This document shows positions 1 through 14,842 of a stretch of DNA of 64,000 nt, in pieces (the stretch's first letter is position 1; each line of letters opens with the position of its first letter). A model generated the notes under the pieces. It saw only the letters and a program-made list of their open reading frames with translations. It made no database searches and had not been told where the DNA came from. A program made the translations under genes and the position numbers. Origin of the DNA: Octopus sinensis (taxonomy: Eukaryota); contig NC_043009.1 in NCBI RefSeq assembly GCF_006345805.1, forward strand, positions 43,338,001 through 43,402,000. The letters run 5' to 3'.

Positions 1-505
1 AACTCATTCAATTTGAATTTCTCATACTCTCGGTTAACCACTCTGGTGATGAAATCTTCATCTATTTGTACCAAATTTAAACATTACCAGCAAGTATTGA
101 ACAGGAAACATCTTTCATTGAAAAATTTTGATAAGAAATTGTTTCATTGAACCAAATCTCACCTGGCTTCTTCAGCAGAAAATTATTACTATATTTTTAA
201 GTTTGGCAGGAGATAACTTTCTGAGAAGTAGTCATACTTTTTTCTCGTTGGACCAATTTTTACATTCCTCTTTGAAGATTTCTTCATATCTTTGAAAATA
301 TGCAGAAAAGGTAATCCCTTCTTCTGGATTATAGCTGAATTCTTCAATTGAATTTGTTATGCTGTCTGGCAAGTATGAAGTATTTTCAGACTCCTTCAAC
401 ATTAATTCCAGCAACTGTTGGTTTTGTTGTTGTTGCTGCTGCTGCAATTGCTGTTATAACTGCTGTGCTGTAATTGCTGTTATTGTTGCTGTTGTTGCTG
501 TTACA
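1..505 (-). pseudogene. gag: Decayed Ty3/Gypsy LTR retrotransposon gag (K02A2.6-like), cut by the window edge
   Basis: PolyQ then SIEEFSYNPEEGITFSAYFQRYEEIFKEECKNWSNEKKV*LLLRKL. After frameshifts it continues IFNERCFLFNTCW*CLNLV...DFITRVVNREYEKFKLNE, matching the usual N-terminal gag pattern of this group. Confidence 0.85.
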
Positions 506-601
506 TCTGCACCATAGAGGCCTATAAGTTAAAAGATTTTTTCTTTGATTTCATACCAAGAAACAAAAATTTTTTAAACGTCCAACTCAAGCTTCGAACA
601 A

Positions 602-839
602 CTCATCACCACTTTTATATCCTAGTATTGAATATATAATATAACAAAGCAGGGGAGGAAGAACGTATATACACGATGCACTACTATTACTATTACATGA
701 GACTCAATGCTCTATATCAAAGGCTCATAGGGAACTGCTACCAACACAAACTGCCAATTGCTCACAGTTCTTTATTTTATAATGATAAATCAGTCCACCT
801 TTAGTGACTTGGCAGTGTGGCTGGAATCCTTCCACAACA
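602..839 (-). mobile_element. Putative 5' LTR (~613-839) and primer binding site (602-611) of the Gypsy element
   Basis: Minus strand begins TGTTGTGG at 839, contains AATAAA near 775 and ends ...GGATATAAAA. It is followed by TGGTGATGAG, the CpG-decayed form of TGGCGACGAG, directly upstream of gag. Confidence 0.6.
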
Positions 840-860
840 TTAATACATATCTATATATAT

Positions 861-1075
861 AAAGCTGACAGAATTGTAAGCACAGCAGGTAAAGTGCATA
901 GTGGCATTTTATGCGTCTTTACGTTCTGAGTTCAAATTCCACCAAGGTCGACTTTGCCTTTCATCTTTTTGGGGGTTATTAAATCAAGTACCAGTGGAAC
1001 ATTGGGGTCAATGTAATCAACTAGTCTCCTTCCCCAAAATTTCCAGCCTTGTCCCTTTAGTAGAAAAGATTAAAA
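861..1075 (+). mobile_element. SINE family A (tail type A2), degenerate
   Basis: B-box-like gttctgagttcaaattcc; core gactttgcctttcatc...aagtaccag...ggggtcaatgtaatc; tail ccttgtccctttagtagaaaagatt. Confidence 0.8.
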
Positions 1076-1130
1076 TTGAACAGGAGTACAAGTGTAATAT
1101 ATATATATATATTACTATATTATTACTAGT

Positions 1131-1185
<55 letters not shown>

Positions 1186-2039
1186 TGTATATATAATAAT
1201 AATATTAGGGAATATATCCAATTTACAGGGAAAAAAAATCAGATTTAGGATTAATCCATTTTATAGTAAATTTTTTTGACTATTTATTAAATTTTATGTA
1301 TTGATTAAGTCTTTCCTTGTTTGTTTTGCAAAATAGTGGTTTTGTCTCAAATAATATTTTATATGTATATATATATATATATGATTACACTTGTACTCCT
1401 GTTCAATTTGTAAATCCAGATTATGGATTACAGATTATAATTTGAAAATTTAACATCCTTCAGTTTCCCTTGTATTTTATACACACACACATATACACAC
1501 ACAAACATGCACACACATGCACACACATAAACATATACAATGAATGATGTGTTACCTGCGGTTATAATTTACTAAATTTCCCATGCAAAACATTGTTCAC
1601 CCTGGGGCTGTAGTAGAAGACATTTGCACAAGGATCCATTCTCAGAACAGATTAGAAACAGTGTATTCAAGAACCAAACTTCATAACAACACAGCCACCC
1701 CTGTGCTTCCTTAACAGTTTAAACACTTTATATTATTATTTCGCTGATGTGGAGTCTTAGAATTCTTCAGCTTTGCTTCTTAATCACAAGATTAACTTAG
1801 AGAAATATTGTTACAATATAATACTATATTACACCATAAAAACAGTTACAGAATATAAATTAATCCCCAACTCTTACACACAACATAATTCTATACATAC
1901 ACATATATGCATACACAGATATTCCAAACCCCACTCAAAAATATTCTGACTTGATGACAACTGGTCCCAATGCCATCTGCTAGAACCATCAAATTTTGGT
2001 TCCTTTATACCTAGCAGCCTGTCTCCTGTGCGATACACA

Positions 2040-2645
2040 CCGGTATTGATATAGATATATATACACGTGTGTGTGTGTGTGTGTGTGGTGTGTGTCTATA
2101 AATATGACTGTGTGTGTATGCATGTATCTATGTATAAATTTATGTATATCTGTGTATGTGTGTATATATTCTAAATATATATATATATACACATGCTGAT
2201 TGGGTTTCGACATACAACTAGTTCACCGTCATGCTTCAGATTAGACTTGAGTTTATACATGTATATATGTAAGTATGTGTGCGTGTGTATAGATATAGGT
2301 ATGTATATATTTATGTATATACGTATATGAATGTATGTATATATGTATATTGATAGATATAGATATGTATATATGCATATATGTGTGTGTATATACATAT
2401 ATATATATATATATATATTATATACATATATACATATATGCATGTATATATCTATATATATCATATGTATATATATATACATTTACATATATACAAATAC
2501 ATATATGTATATATACATATATATACACATATATATATATCTATGTATATATATATACATACATATATATCTATGTATATATATATATATACATATACAT
2601 AGATATGTATATATATATATATGTATATATATATATACATATACA

Positions 2646-2677
<32 letters not shown>

Positions 2678-2800
2678 ACGTAGGTATAAGTACATATGTG
2701 TATGCATAGATATTCATTTATACATATGTGTGTATGCATGTGTGTGTGTGTTTGTGTTTGTGTACACATATGACTGATCGTATGTGTATTCACATTCATT
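2040..2800. repeat. Mixed (TA)n/(TG)n microsatellite tract
   Basis: Direct inspection; explains the YI/IY-repeat ORFs. Confidence 0.95.
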
Positions 2801-2956
2801 CACATTCAAATATTTCCCTAGTTGCATTCGTTTCCATTCGTTAATAATCAAACATGCTCACACATACACATTCATAATCACATGCACAAACACATACACC
2901 TGTAGCAAATCAGATTTCACATGAGATAATAGCTACACACACAAACACACTCACAT

Positions 2957-3800
2957 ATATGTATGTATGTATGTATGTATGCATGTATGTATGTATGTAT
3001 GTATGCATGTATGTATGTATGTATGCATGTATGTATGTATGTATGCATGTATGTATGTAATGTATGTATGCAATGTATGTATGTATGTATGCATGTATGT
3101 ATGTATGTATGCATGTATGTATGTATGTAATGTATGTATGCATGTATGTATGTATGTATGCATGTATGTATGTATGTATGTTATGCATGTATGTATGTAT
3201 GTATGCATGTATGTATGTATGTATGCATGTATGTAGGTATGTATGCATGTATGTATGTATGCATGTATGTATGTATGTATGCATGTATGATGTATGTATG
3301 CATGTATGTATGTATGTATGTATGCATGTATGTATGTATGTATGCATGTATGTATGTATGTATGTATGCATGTATGTATGTATGTATGTATTATGTATGT
3401 AGTATGTATGTATGCATGTATGTATGTATGTATGTATGCATGTATGTATGCATGTATGTAGTATGTATGTATGTATGTATGTATGTATGTATGATGTATG
3501 TAGGTATGTATGTATGATGTATGTATGTATGCATGTATGTATGTATGTATGTATGTATGTATGTATGTATGCATGTATGTATGATGTATGTAGTATGCAT
3601 GTAGTATGTATGTATGTATGCATGTATGTATGCATGTATGTATGTATGTATGCATGTATGTATGTATGTATGTATGTATGTATGCATGTATGTATGTATG
3701 TATGCATGTATGTATGTATGTATGTATGTATGTATGTATGCATGTATGTATGTATGTATGTATGTATGTATGTATGTATGTTGTATGCATGTATGTATAT
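2957..3800. repeat. Long (TATG)n tetranucleotide array with TGCA variant units
   Basis: About 840 bp; explains the HTYI/MYVC ORFs. Confidence 0.97.
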
Positions 3801-3891
3801 GTATATACATCTGTATCATTCATTTACATAGCTTACTATCAGATATAGTATTATTTTTCATATACACACATTAACAAACGCACACATGCTC

Positions 3892-3935
<44 letters not shown>

Positions 3936-4215
3936 ACACTCTCTCTTTCTTTCTCTCTCTTTTACACTCCCTCTTTCTATCATTTGCACTCTTTCCTTTA
4001 TTCACACACATACATGCACACACATACACACACACACACACACACAAACACACCTAACTTCCCTCCATGTCTTTCTCTGGTTTCTTTCATTAGATCATCG
4101 TTTGTTGTTTCATTCCTTTTCTCTTTCATTCAATATATCTGTCTATCTATTTATTTATCTTCGTCTCTGAATGTCTATCTATGTTCATCTATATATCTAT
4201 TTCACAGTCTAGTTA

Positions 4216-4270
<55 letters not shown>

Positions 4271-4304
4271 CATTCCTCTCTCTCCCTTTCCCTTTATATC
4301 ATCA

Positions 4305-4490
4305 TCATTATCCACATCATTTAACATCCATGTTCCCAACTGGCAAAGGTTGGGCACTTTAACAGGATCCAATGGGCACAAGGATTTCATCATGTTCCTG
4401 CATGCGCCTTAGCATGGTTTCCATGGCTGGATGCCCTTCTTAGTGCCAACCACTTTACAGCATGTACTCAGCACTGGATTAACCATTAAG
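4305..4490 (-). mobile_element. SINE-like family C, degenerate
   Basis: catcatttaacatcc...ggctggatgcccttcttagtgccaaccact matches the copy at 8236-8530. Confidence 0.7.
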
Positions 4491-4629
4491 TGAAATAAGC
4501 ACATGCTCAGAGCATCAAGGGAAGTGGGGCACCATAGAAATGGTAAATGGTCTACAGCACAAAGAAAAAATCAGGGTTGATAAATTAAGTACCAGTTTTT
4601 AAACTTACTAATATAATATTCTTTTTTAC

Positions 4630-4790
4630 TCTAGGCACAAGGTTTTGAATCTTTTGGGGAGGGGGCCAGCTGATTAGATTGACCCCAGCATGCAACTGGT
4701 ACTTAATTTATTGACGCTGAAAGAATGAAAGACAAAGTCGACATCAGCAGAATTTGAACTCAGAACATAAAGACAGATAACTTACTAAAA
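4630..4790 (-). mobile_element. SINE family A fragment
   Basis: Reverse complement of the family A core (ctggtacttaatttattgac...gaatttgaactcagaac). Confidence 0.8.
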
Positions 4791-4809
4791 TAATATTCAA
4801 AGTGGTTTA

Positions 4810-5015
4810 CAATAATCTCTCAACTATTGTGGGTGTTATGTTCCAAAACCTCCCACAGAAATAATTACAATCTAAAAACATATAAATACCTATCGACCAC
4901 AGAAACTCATGATATTCTGAGGAGTCGGTGATATAAATTTACATATATTAGCCAGAAAAATCTGTGATGTACTGAGTGTGTGATAGGTGAACCACGATAT
5001 GATGAGGGATTACTG
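4810..5015. mobile_element. pogo/Tigger-like MITE
   Basis: TA flanks; imperfect TIRs CAATAATCTCTC (left) and CAGTAATCCCTC (right, reverse complement); ~206 bp, non-coding. Confidence 0.6.
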
Positions 5016-5027
5016 TATATGTTCAGT

Positions 5028-5261
5028 AAGGTGGCGAGCTGGCAGAATTGTTAGCACGCCGGGCAAAATGCGTAGCCGTATTTCTTCTGCCGTTACGTTG
5101 TGAGTTCAAATTCCGTCGAGGTCGACTTTGCCTTTCATCCTTTCGGGGTCGATAAATTAAGTACCTGTTATGCACTGGGATCGATGTAATCGACTTGATA
5201 CCTATGTCTGTCCTCGTTTGTCCCCTCTGTGTTTAGCCCCCTGTCGGTAGTAAAGAAATGG
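5028..5261 (+). mobile_element. SINE family A1, full length, 13 bp TSD
   Basis: tRNA-like head ggcgagctggcagaattgttagc...gagttcaaattcc; TSD gtatatgttcagt at 5015-5027 and 5262-5274. Confidence 0.92.
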
Positions 5262-5384
5262 GTATATGTTCAGTTATATAATTTCGAAGTGTTTCTGGTG
5301 TCATGGCGAGGATCTAGTCAAACACTTTGCAATTAGAAAATGTAAGAGAAAACTCTTAAAATATAAAGTGGAAGTCATCATCTT

Positions 5385-5575
5385 CATCATTATCATCATC
5401 ATTTAACATCCATTTTCTATGCTGGCATGGGTTGCACAGTTTGATAGGAACTGGCCAGCTGAAAGGCCACCCTGGCTTCATATCTGTTTGGGTGTGGTTT
5501 CTACTGGTGGATACCATTCCAAATACCAAGCACTTTACAGAGTGTACTGGGGGCTTTTATGTTGCACCAGCATGG
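5385..5575 (-). mobile_element. SINE-like family C, degenerate
   Basis: catcatcatttaacatccattttctatgctggcatgggttg matches family C. Confidence 0.7.
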
Positions 5576-5812
5576 ATGCTTTTTACTGAGAAGTAGCAAT
5601 ATACAAGAATGAATATAATTTTCCAGTTTAGTTTCGTTTCATTTTGAAAAATAAAAATCTATTTTACAGGTTCATCCTGTAAACATTTTGAATTACATAC
5701 GTATCTTTAAATGCTTTGGACTTCTATGGGTCATAATCCAGCTCTGTATACACTGGGTGCATTTTTGTGCCACCAACAAAAGTGAGGTTGCTATACAGCT
5801 ATGCAAACCTAT

Positions 5813-6037
5813 TTACTACCCATAAGGCGCTAAATGCAGAGAGGACAAACAAGGACAGACAAACGGATTAAGTCGATTATATCGACCCCAGTGCGTAACT
5901 GGTACTTATTTAATCGACCCCACAAGGATGAAAGGCAAAGTCGACCTTGGCGGAATTTGAACTCAGAATATAGCGGCAGATGAAATACCACTAAGCATTT
6001 CGCCCGGCGTGCTAACAATTCTGCCAGCTCGCTGCCT
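5813..6037 (-). mobile_element. SINE family A1, full length, 13 bp TSD (one mismatch)
   Basis: TSD tatgcaaacctat (5800-5812) and tatgtaaacctat (6038-6050). Confidence 0.92.
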
Positions 6038-6150
6038 TATGTAAACCTATGAACTCCAAGGGGGGAACTTTGTTCTAAGAGAATAGGAAGCAAAGGAGTA
6101 AAGTGCTACAAAAGAAAGGGCTGGAGCAAAACAAGTTTCTTGCCATTGAG

Positions 6151-6640
6151 CAGGGGTTCTCAACCATTTTTTTTTACCTATGGGTCTCTTTGATTACTGT
6201 CCTTTTCCTGTGGACCCCCATAGCCATTCGAAGCTTTAAAACTGGTTTTTATAGATATTTCTTTCAAAATTCCTATTTTGATTTTCACACATTAACTTGT
6301 GTGGGGTAAACTGTGTAAAATGTTACGGAAAGAAACCTCGCAGTTTTTTGCAATATATACATCTAAAGCAGAGGTTCTCAAACATTTTTATATTTAAGGA
6401 TCACTTTGATTACTGTTCTATTCTGGTAGACCCCTAAAACCATTCAATGTTTAAAAACTAGTTTTATAGATGCTTCTTTCAAAATTCCTATTTGGCTTTT
6501 CACACATTTACATGTGTAGGCTGAACTGGGTAAAACATCTGAGAAAGAAATTTAGCTCTTTCTTGCAATAAATACATCTAAATCAGTGTCAGTGGTTCCC
6601 ATAGTGGGTGGTACTGACCCCCTGAGGATAGTGGAAAGAT
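6151..6640 (+). repeat. Tandem ~215 bp repeat derived from an hAT/Charlie-like terminus
   Basis: Units start caggggttctcaac (6151) and cagaggttctcaaac (6369) and align along their length. A third start, cagtggttccc, follows at 6590. Confidence 0.7.
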
Positions 6641-6741
6641 CCAAGAAGGTGCTGAAGAAAAGGTGGCTAAATTAAGTACCAGTGAAACTCTGTAACTGAC
6701 TAGTATTCACCACCCACCAAATTTCAGACCTTGTGCTTTTA

Positions 6742-6796
<55 letters not shown>

Positions 6797-7134
6797 TATT
6801 ATTATATTATTATCATTATTGCTGTGAGCAGTACTAATTTATCGAATGAAGGCTTGAAACCCGAGTTCTTCAAATTGGTCGCCTCTGTCTAGAGAACTTT
6901 ATCAAGCAAATGGAGTCATTTTCTTTGATAGTGATAAAATTAAAGGTTTTTTTCCCCACCCTGACAGGCCTATTATCAAGAGATAAAATACCGATGATAA
7001 AATAGAGATAATTTTTTTTACTGTTGTTTTCTTTTTCTTTTGTTAGGTGAGGGGGAGGAGATAATTATTATTATTACATTGTGTTGTTGTTTCGGTTTTT
7101 TTTTAACCATATTTTAAATAATTTTTCTCACTTG

Positions 7135-7223
7135 AAATTTATCATCATCATCATCATCAACACCATCCTCATTATCATTGTTGTTGTTGTTGTTATTATT
7201 GTCATTACTGTTATTTTTGTTGC

Positions 7224-7256
<33 letters not shown>

Positions 7257-7318
7257 CATTATTATTATCATTATTATTATTGTTATTGTCATTATTATTA
7301 TTATTATCATTATTATTA

Positions 7319-7371
<53 letters not shown>

Positions 7372-7396
7372 GTTATTATCATTATTATTATTATTA

Positions 7397-7454
<58 letters not shown>

Positions 7455-7455
7455 G
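7135..7455. repeat. (ATT)n trinucleotide array
   Basis: Direct inspection; gives the polyI/polyL ORFs. Confidence 0.95.
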
Positions 7456-8154
7456 TGGGGGGAGTCTTTGCTTTGTTTTTAAACTTGCTTATTTTTTTTT
7501 TCCTGGTATCCGTTCATCATGGAAAGTTCTTTAATTTAAACGATATGAAAAGAAAAGGAACATCAACTTGCAAGCTACAGACACAGTATGAGAGTGAGTT
7601 TAAAGTGTAGGGTAATCAAGGGTGTTGGTGGTGCAGGCAACACAGAAGAGGGGATGAAAGTGCCGACAGGAATTACACTGAACAAAGGTCTGCTACCAAG
7701 GTTAACAGCAAGAACCTCTAGTTGTTCTATTTTGATTTCATATCATGTATTTCTGAACATGTGTTGGCTATGAGCTTACAATAGCCTTGTCACTGGTTGA
7801 TTTTGTTTCCCCTGATGAGAGTAACAAGGGAGTGTCTATGTGACTTGGGCAGAACAAACATTATAAGGGATTTATAGCTTGCCAATGTGTATATCTTTCA
7901 CCTATATTTATATATATATATATATATATATATAATTATATACATAATTACAATGAGCCAATTGTCTCACCACGTACTGAATTAGAAATAGACACTAATG
8001 TCTTTTCAACTACTGTGGTGAGGCAATTGACTGACCCCTCATTATAATTATGTATATAATTATAGAATATTTTGTATAATTTATCTAAAATAGTTTTTTA
8101 ACATACTGACTACTTGGTAAAAATATTATCATTAATTCTTACCCTATATTATTG

Positions 8155-8198
<44 letters not shown>

Positions 8199-8235
8199 TC
8201 CAAACTTGATTTCACTCCCTACTATATCCGAACAA

Positions 8236-8530
8236 ATGATCGTTACCAATGTCGCTTCACTGGCACCTGTGTTGGTGGCACGTGTAAAAGATTCGAGCGA
8301 GGTCATTGCCAGTACCGCCTGACTGGCCCCCGTGCAGGTGGCATGTAAAAAGCACCCACTACACTCTCGGAGTGGTTGGCATTAGGAAGGGCATCCAGCT
8401 GTAGAAACTCTGCCAGATCAAGACTGGAGCCTGGTGCAGCCATCTGGTTCACCAATCCTCAGTCAAAACCGTCCAACCCATGCTAGCATGGAAAACGGAC
8501 GTTAAACGATGATGATGATGATGATGATGA
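8236..8530 (+). mobile_element. SINE-like family C, well preserved, (GAT)n tail
   Basis: gtggttggcattaggaagggcatccagctgtagaaac...catgctagcatggaaaacggacgttaaacgatgatgatg; at least eight related copies in the window. Confidence 0.85.
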
Positions 8531-8544
8531 TATATATATATATA

Positions 8545-8916
8545 CAGGGTGATTCAAAAGTCTCCAAACACAGGAAAAAAAATTTTTTTTTATAAGAAAC
8601 AGTTTGTAAGATCTGCTAGATCCCCTGATCTGACCCCTCTTGATTTCTATCTTTGGGGGCATTTGAGAAGCATGGTGTATCACAGAAAGATTAAAGACAT
8701 AAATGATACGAAGGAAAGCATCACAAACTCATTTGCACACATATCACCAGATGTGCTAATATGAGTTCACAATGAGTGGCGTAAACGTATTGCAATGTGT
8801 ATTCAAAACTATGTTAACCATATAGAGCCTGTTAAATAAAAAATACCTGTTCTTATAAACTGTTTCTTATAAAAAGATAAATTGTTCTATGTATGGCAAC
8901 ATTTAATCAACTGCGT

Positions 8917-8917
<1 letters not shown>
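8545..8917 (+). mobile_element. Tc1/mariner-superfamily internal-deletion derivative
   Basis: TA flanks, ~70 bp imperfect TIRs, and transposase C-terminus ARSPDLTPLDFYLWGHLRSMVY...WRKRIAMCIQ. Confidence 0.85.
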
Positions 8918-8966
<49 letters not shown>

Positions 8967-8985
8967 TATATATATTTATATATAT

Positions 8986-9413
8986 GAGTGGCTGTGTGGT
9001 AAGTAGCTTGCTCACCAGCACCATGGTTCTGGGTTCAGTCCCACTGCGTGGCACCTTGGGCAAATGTCTTCTGCTATAGTCCGGGCCAACCAATGCCTTG
9101 TGAGTGGATTTGGTAGACGGAAACTGAAAGAAGCCTGTCATATATATGTATATATATGTATGTATATATATATATATATATGTGCGTGTGTGTGTTTGAG
9201 TGAGTTTGTTTATCCCCATTGCATTGCTTGACAACCGATGCTGGTGTGTTTATGTCCCCGTCACTTAGCGGTTCGGCAAAAAGAGACCGATAGAATAAGT
9301 ACTGGGCTTACAAAGAATAAGTCCCGGGGTCGATTTGCTCGACTAAAAGGTGGTGCTCCAGCATGGCCGCAGTCAAATGACTGAAACAAGTAAAAGAGTA
9401 AAAGAGTAAAGAG
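8986..9413 (+). mobile_element. SINE family B, full length, with internal (TA)n(TG)n
   Basis: Head ggctgtgtggtaag...gggttcagtcccac, central microsatellite, tail gactgaaacaagtaaaagagtaaaagag. Confidence 0.92.
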
Positions 9414-10288
9414 TATATATATATATATGAATATGTATATATATGTATATGTATAGATATATATATATATAATATATATACAAAGTCCATACTTTGTATG
9501 TATGTATGTTTCCACATAAGTGCTTGCGAAGTAAACGAAGATTTACATCCCCAAAGCACTGTTTATTTGTTCCTTTGCTTGCTTGCGTGGAACATACCAA
9601 GCAGCAGGTTTTGGAAATAATATGATCTTAGACTGGTAAAGTGATGTACGACACTACTGGTTATCATCTATCATGTATTAGGGGTGTCTTTTTGAAACTC
9701 TCAAGGAAGAATTTGATGATAGATTTACAAGATGAAATCACTTCGTTCTTTTTGCTCAAGAGCTTCGGACTTTAAAACAAAAGGATTGTACACTGTACCA
9801 GTGTTACAACTGCAGTCTACATAGAGCTTGTTCCATCGTTATTACCTGGAAAGTACCATTACACTTTCCTCAAGTTGTCCTTGCTGACCTGCTAATATCA
9901 TTCATAAGGTCAACAAAGATATCAAAAGTGGGTAAATTACATATGATGTTCTCACTGGCCACCACTGGGATGATTTTCATCTTCTGATAGTTACAGTGTG
10001 TTTTTTTTTTACACAGCAATTTTCTGAGTGATGTTATCTCAAGACAAATACAACAGTAACTGGCCTATCACTTTTGTATGTACATTGAGTATGATACATA
10101 AATGGCTATTTTAATTTAATACTGCAACAGTTGTGTTATCGGATATATATGTATGTAAATATTTATATTTATGCATGTGTGTAAATATATATATGTGTGT
10201 GTGTGTGTGTGTATATATATGTAAACACACACACACATATACATTCACATATATGTATATATTTAGAGATAGATAGATAGATAGATAT

Positions 10289-10343
<55 letters not shown>

Positions 10344-10963
10344 CATAGATAGATAAAAAAATGAACCAAAACATTTGACCTCACCTGAAAAAAACCCATT
10401 TAACTTAGATAGAGAATATAAACATAAGAGTTTCTTTACAACTGTTTCTAGAAGAGCCAAGCATGTAGATCATGATATTGAGTAAGGATTCCATAAGCTA
10501 AGCATTCCATCATCAGAGAGGGAGAAGTCAAAGAAATGTATAAATATTTATATATAATTATTTATATATAGATATGTATAAATAATATAAATATATAAAT
10601 GAAGAAATTTCTATATATGAAGACAAAGTTTATTTTAACACGATACCTCTCAAAATCACCTGAGGAGACACATCTACACTGAGGGATATGCCTAAACCAA
10701 ATCTTCAGTATCTCACCTGTGTGGGATCAATGCTAGATGGGTTCAAGCAATTGTAGTGATCAATAAAGATTCTTGTATCTTCCATCTTCAATCTCTCATT
10801 AATCAAATACCCAGTGAACATGCTTTAGTGGTAAACTGCCAGGTGTATGCCATAAAATTCATTAAGTAATATATATACATATATATATATACATAAATAT
10901 ATATACATAAATATATACACACATATATATATACATATATGATACACATATATATGTATATAT

Positions 10964-11009
<46 letters not shown>

Positions 11010-11029
11010 TTATGTATATATATATGTAT

Positions 11030-11083
11030 GTCCAACCCATGCTAGCGCGGAAAAACGGACGTTAAACGATGATGATGATGATG
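11030..11083 (+). mobile_element. Family C 3' end
   Basis: gtccaacccatgctagcgcggaaaaacggacgttaaacgatgatgatg. Confidence 0.8.
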
Positions 11084-12025
11084 TACTATATATGTATATG
11101 TATGTATATATATGTAATATATATAAACACATATATATATACATATATATATACACACACATATATATAGATATATATACAGTTACACAAACACTCACAC
11201 AGAGATACACACACACCACATACACACACCACCATATACATATGTATATGTGTGCATGTGTGTATACATTGATTGGTTGCGGGGATAATTATGATCCTGG
11301 CAATCACCTCATCAGCAAATTATGTAGGATTCTGGATAGCATAGTGTTCCAATAATCAAAGGAAGGTCAGTAAGACTCCCATTAATATAAAGAGGAATAC
11401 TCTGCAATTCCAAAGTAAGATCCAATAGGCTTAATTAAAGCCCCACTAAGAGAATAATGGCATTAATATTCTAAATGAGGAAAAGAAGTCAAATTGACCT
11501 TACAATCGTTTCCATAAACAAATTATTTGGTTTTATTTCATATCTCATACAATATTATGTAATACATAATATAATAATGAGTTTGTAGTTCATTCACTTC
11601 ATCAGACATAGTGATTTGAAAGCACACATATATATGGAATTTATTACTTATCATTGTATGAGATATCAAATTTTAAAAAATCATTCATTTACAAAAACAA
11701 TCGTAATATCAGCTTGACTTCTTACCTCATTTAGATTTTTATTACTATTATAATTGTTTAAAATTTGGTAATTTCAAGCAAATTTCAACTGCTACACCTC
11801 CATGTTGCTGGGATGTGTTCTTTTCTGCTGTTGGGAGTGTGCAAACTTTTTCCGGTATTGTATTGTGTCAGTTTTTTTTTACTTTTGAAGCATGGTGCAG
11901 TCTTTTGTTGTATTACTATTTGCATTGTGTTGAGTGTGTAATGTGTTGGTTATTGAGATTGCTGGTGGAAGTTTATTTTATTTGATAATTGCTATATATA
12001 GAGTGTGTCTTGTGTTGAGGCTGTA

Positions 12026-12174
12026 TTATTTAATAAATAGTGTCTTGTGTAGGATGTGGACTGTTCCCAGCAGGGCCATTTTTTGGATAGTGTGTAGTGT
12101 TGAGGATCCAGGCACAGCTTCTGGCTTTGTTCATATGCTTTTTTTATCATGTCCAATGCTCCAATTATTACTGT
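12026..12174 (-). pseudogene. R4/Dong-like ORF C-terminus (3' UTR probably extends leftwards)
   Basis: TVIIGALDMIKK then (frameshift) EAVPGSSTLHTIQKMALLGTVHILHKTLFIK*; 5' end abuts (ATT)n at 12175-12255. Confidence 0.75.
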
Positions 12175-12206
12175 ATTATATTATTATTATTATTATTATT
12201 ATTATA

Positions 12207-12256
<50 letters not shown>

Positions 12257-12559
12257 AAAGAAAGTGTGTTAAAATATAGATTGGAGAAAGAAAGAAAAGA
12301 AAAAGAAAGAAAAACTGAAGAAAGCAAGGTGAATGAAGATATAAAGGGTTTGTCAAAAGCTCAAACCCCAGGGAATAAACTGCTTTTGGGTGGGGAGTGA
12401 CAAGAGAACCAAATACTTCAATGAGGAAAATCTATTTATTTCCTGTTATGGTTAATTATATTTAACGACATGAACATTGAAGAATTTGATCAATTGCCTT
12501 CTATTATTTCTCTACAAAATTATAAATTTGTGCATATTATTGCCACAATTCCTATGTCT

Positions 12560-14010
<1,451 letters not shown>

Positions 14011-14842
14011 GATAGACAGAGAAAAATACATTTTATCATTTGTAATTAGCAGAAAGTTAAAAGTAATAAAGCATAAAAATAATTAAAACCAAAAGTAGTT
14101 CTACTTTGTCTGATTGTCTTACCAAACCTTACATATATACACACATACACATACACACACATATTCACATACATATACGTGGATTCACACAAACATCAAC
14201 ATTGTTTAATATCTATGTTCCATGCTACACACACACACACATATATATACATACACACACACTTATACACACACACACACAGACACACACATATATATAT
14301 ATATACACACACAGTCTTGATCCAGGTACACATGATCAGAGGTGATCCATCCATGACAAATGTTACATAGACACACACATACACACACACTCACACACAC
14401 ACACATAACCACACACATGCACATACATACATACATACATACATACATACATACATACATGCATACATATATACAATTATACATATAGGCATATATATAT
14501 ATACATGCAAGTATGTGTACACAACTGTTCTTAGACAAAGGTCCAAGGATTTTGGTCGTCCTTCAGAGGGGGAAACAATATCGATGATGGCAGGGAGGGG
14601 GGCATAAATTAATATGCTGTCTAAAAACCTCTAATCATTAGAAGATTGAATCGTTAAGGAAATGGAGGTCATTAGCCACAATTTAGTTACCATAGAAACA
14701 AGCCAATTCAACCAGCTGTCCTATGAGGACAATGGCTTCCCTTGAGTAATACGACAGAAATCTTATGGCTGTGGCAACATCTTCAAAGACATAAGAGCAA
14801 CTGGAGCCATTAATGTTGTAATAACATTCTTTCATTCTGTGA

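Noticed and set aside
2171-3874. Long ORFs of HTYI, MYVC and IY repeats
   Set aside because: Translations of (TATG)n and (TA)n microsatellites that happen to lack stops.
7560-7900. Possible LINE ORF2 linker remnant
   Set aside because: Only vague resemblance, many stops and no diagnostic motif.
9680-9800. Gag-like peptide ETLKEEFDDRF...AQELRTLKQ
   Set aside because: Too short and degenerate to call.
10713-10822. Minus-strand frame MFTGYLINERLKMEDTRIFIDHYNCLNPSSIDPTQ ending at CAG|gtgaga
   Set aside because: Good donor, but no recognisable homology and no partner exon; cannot be supported without RNA-seq.
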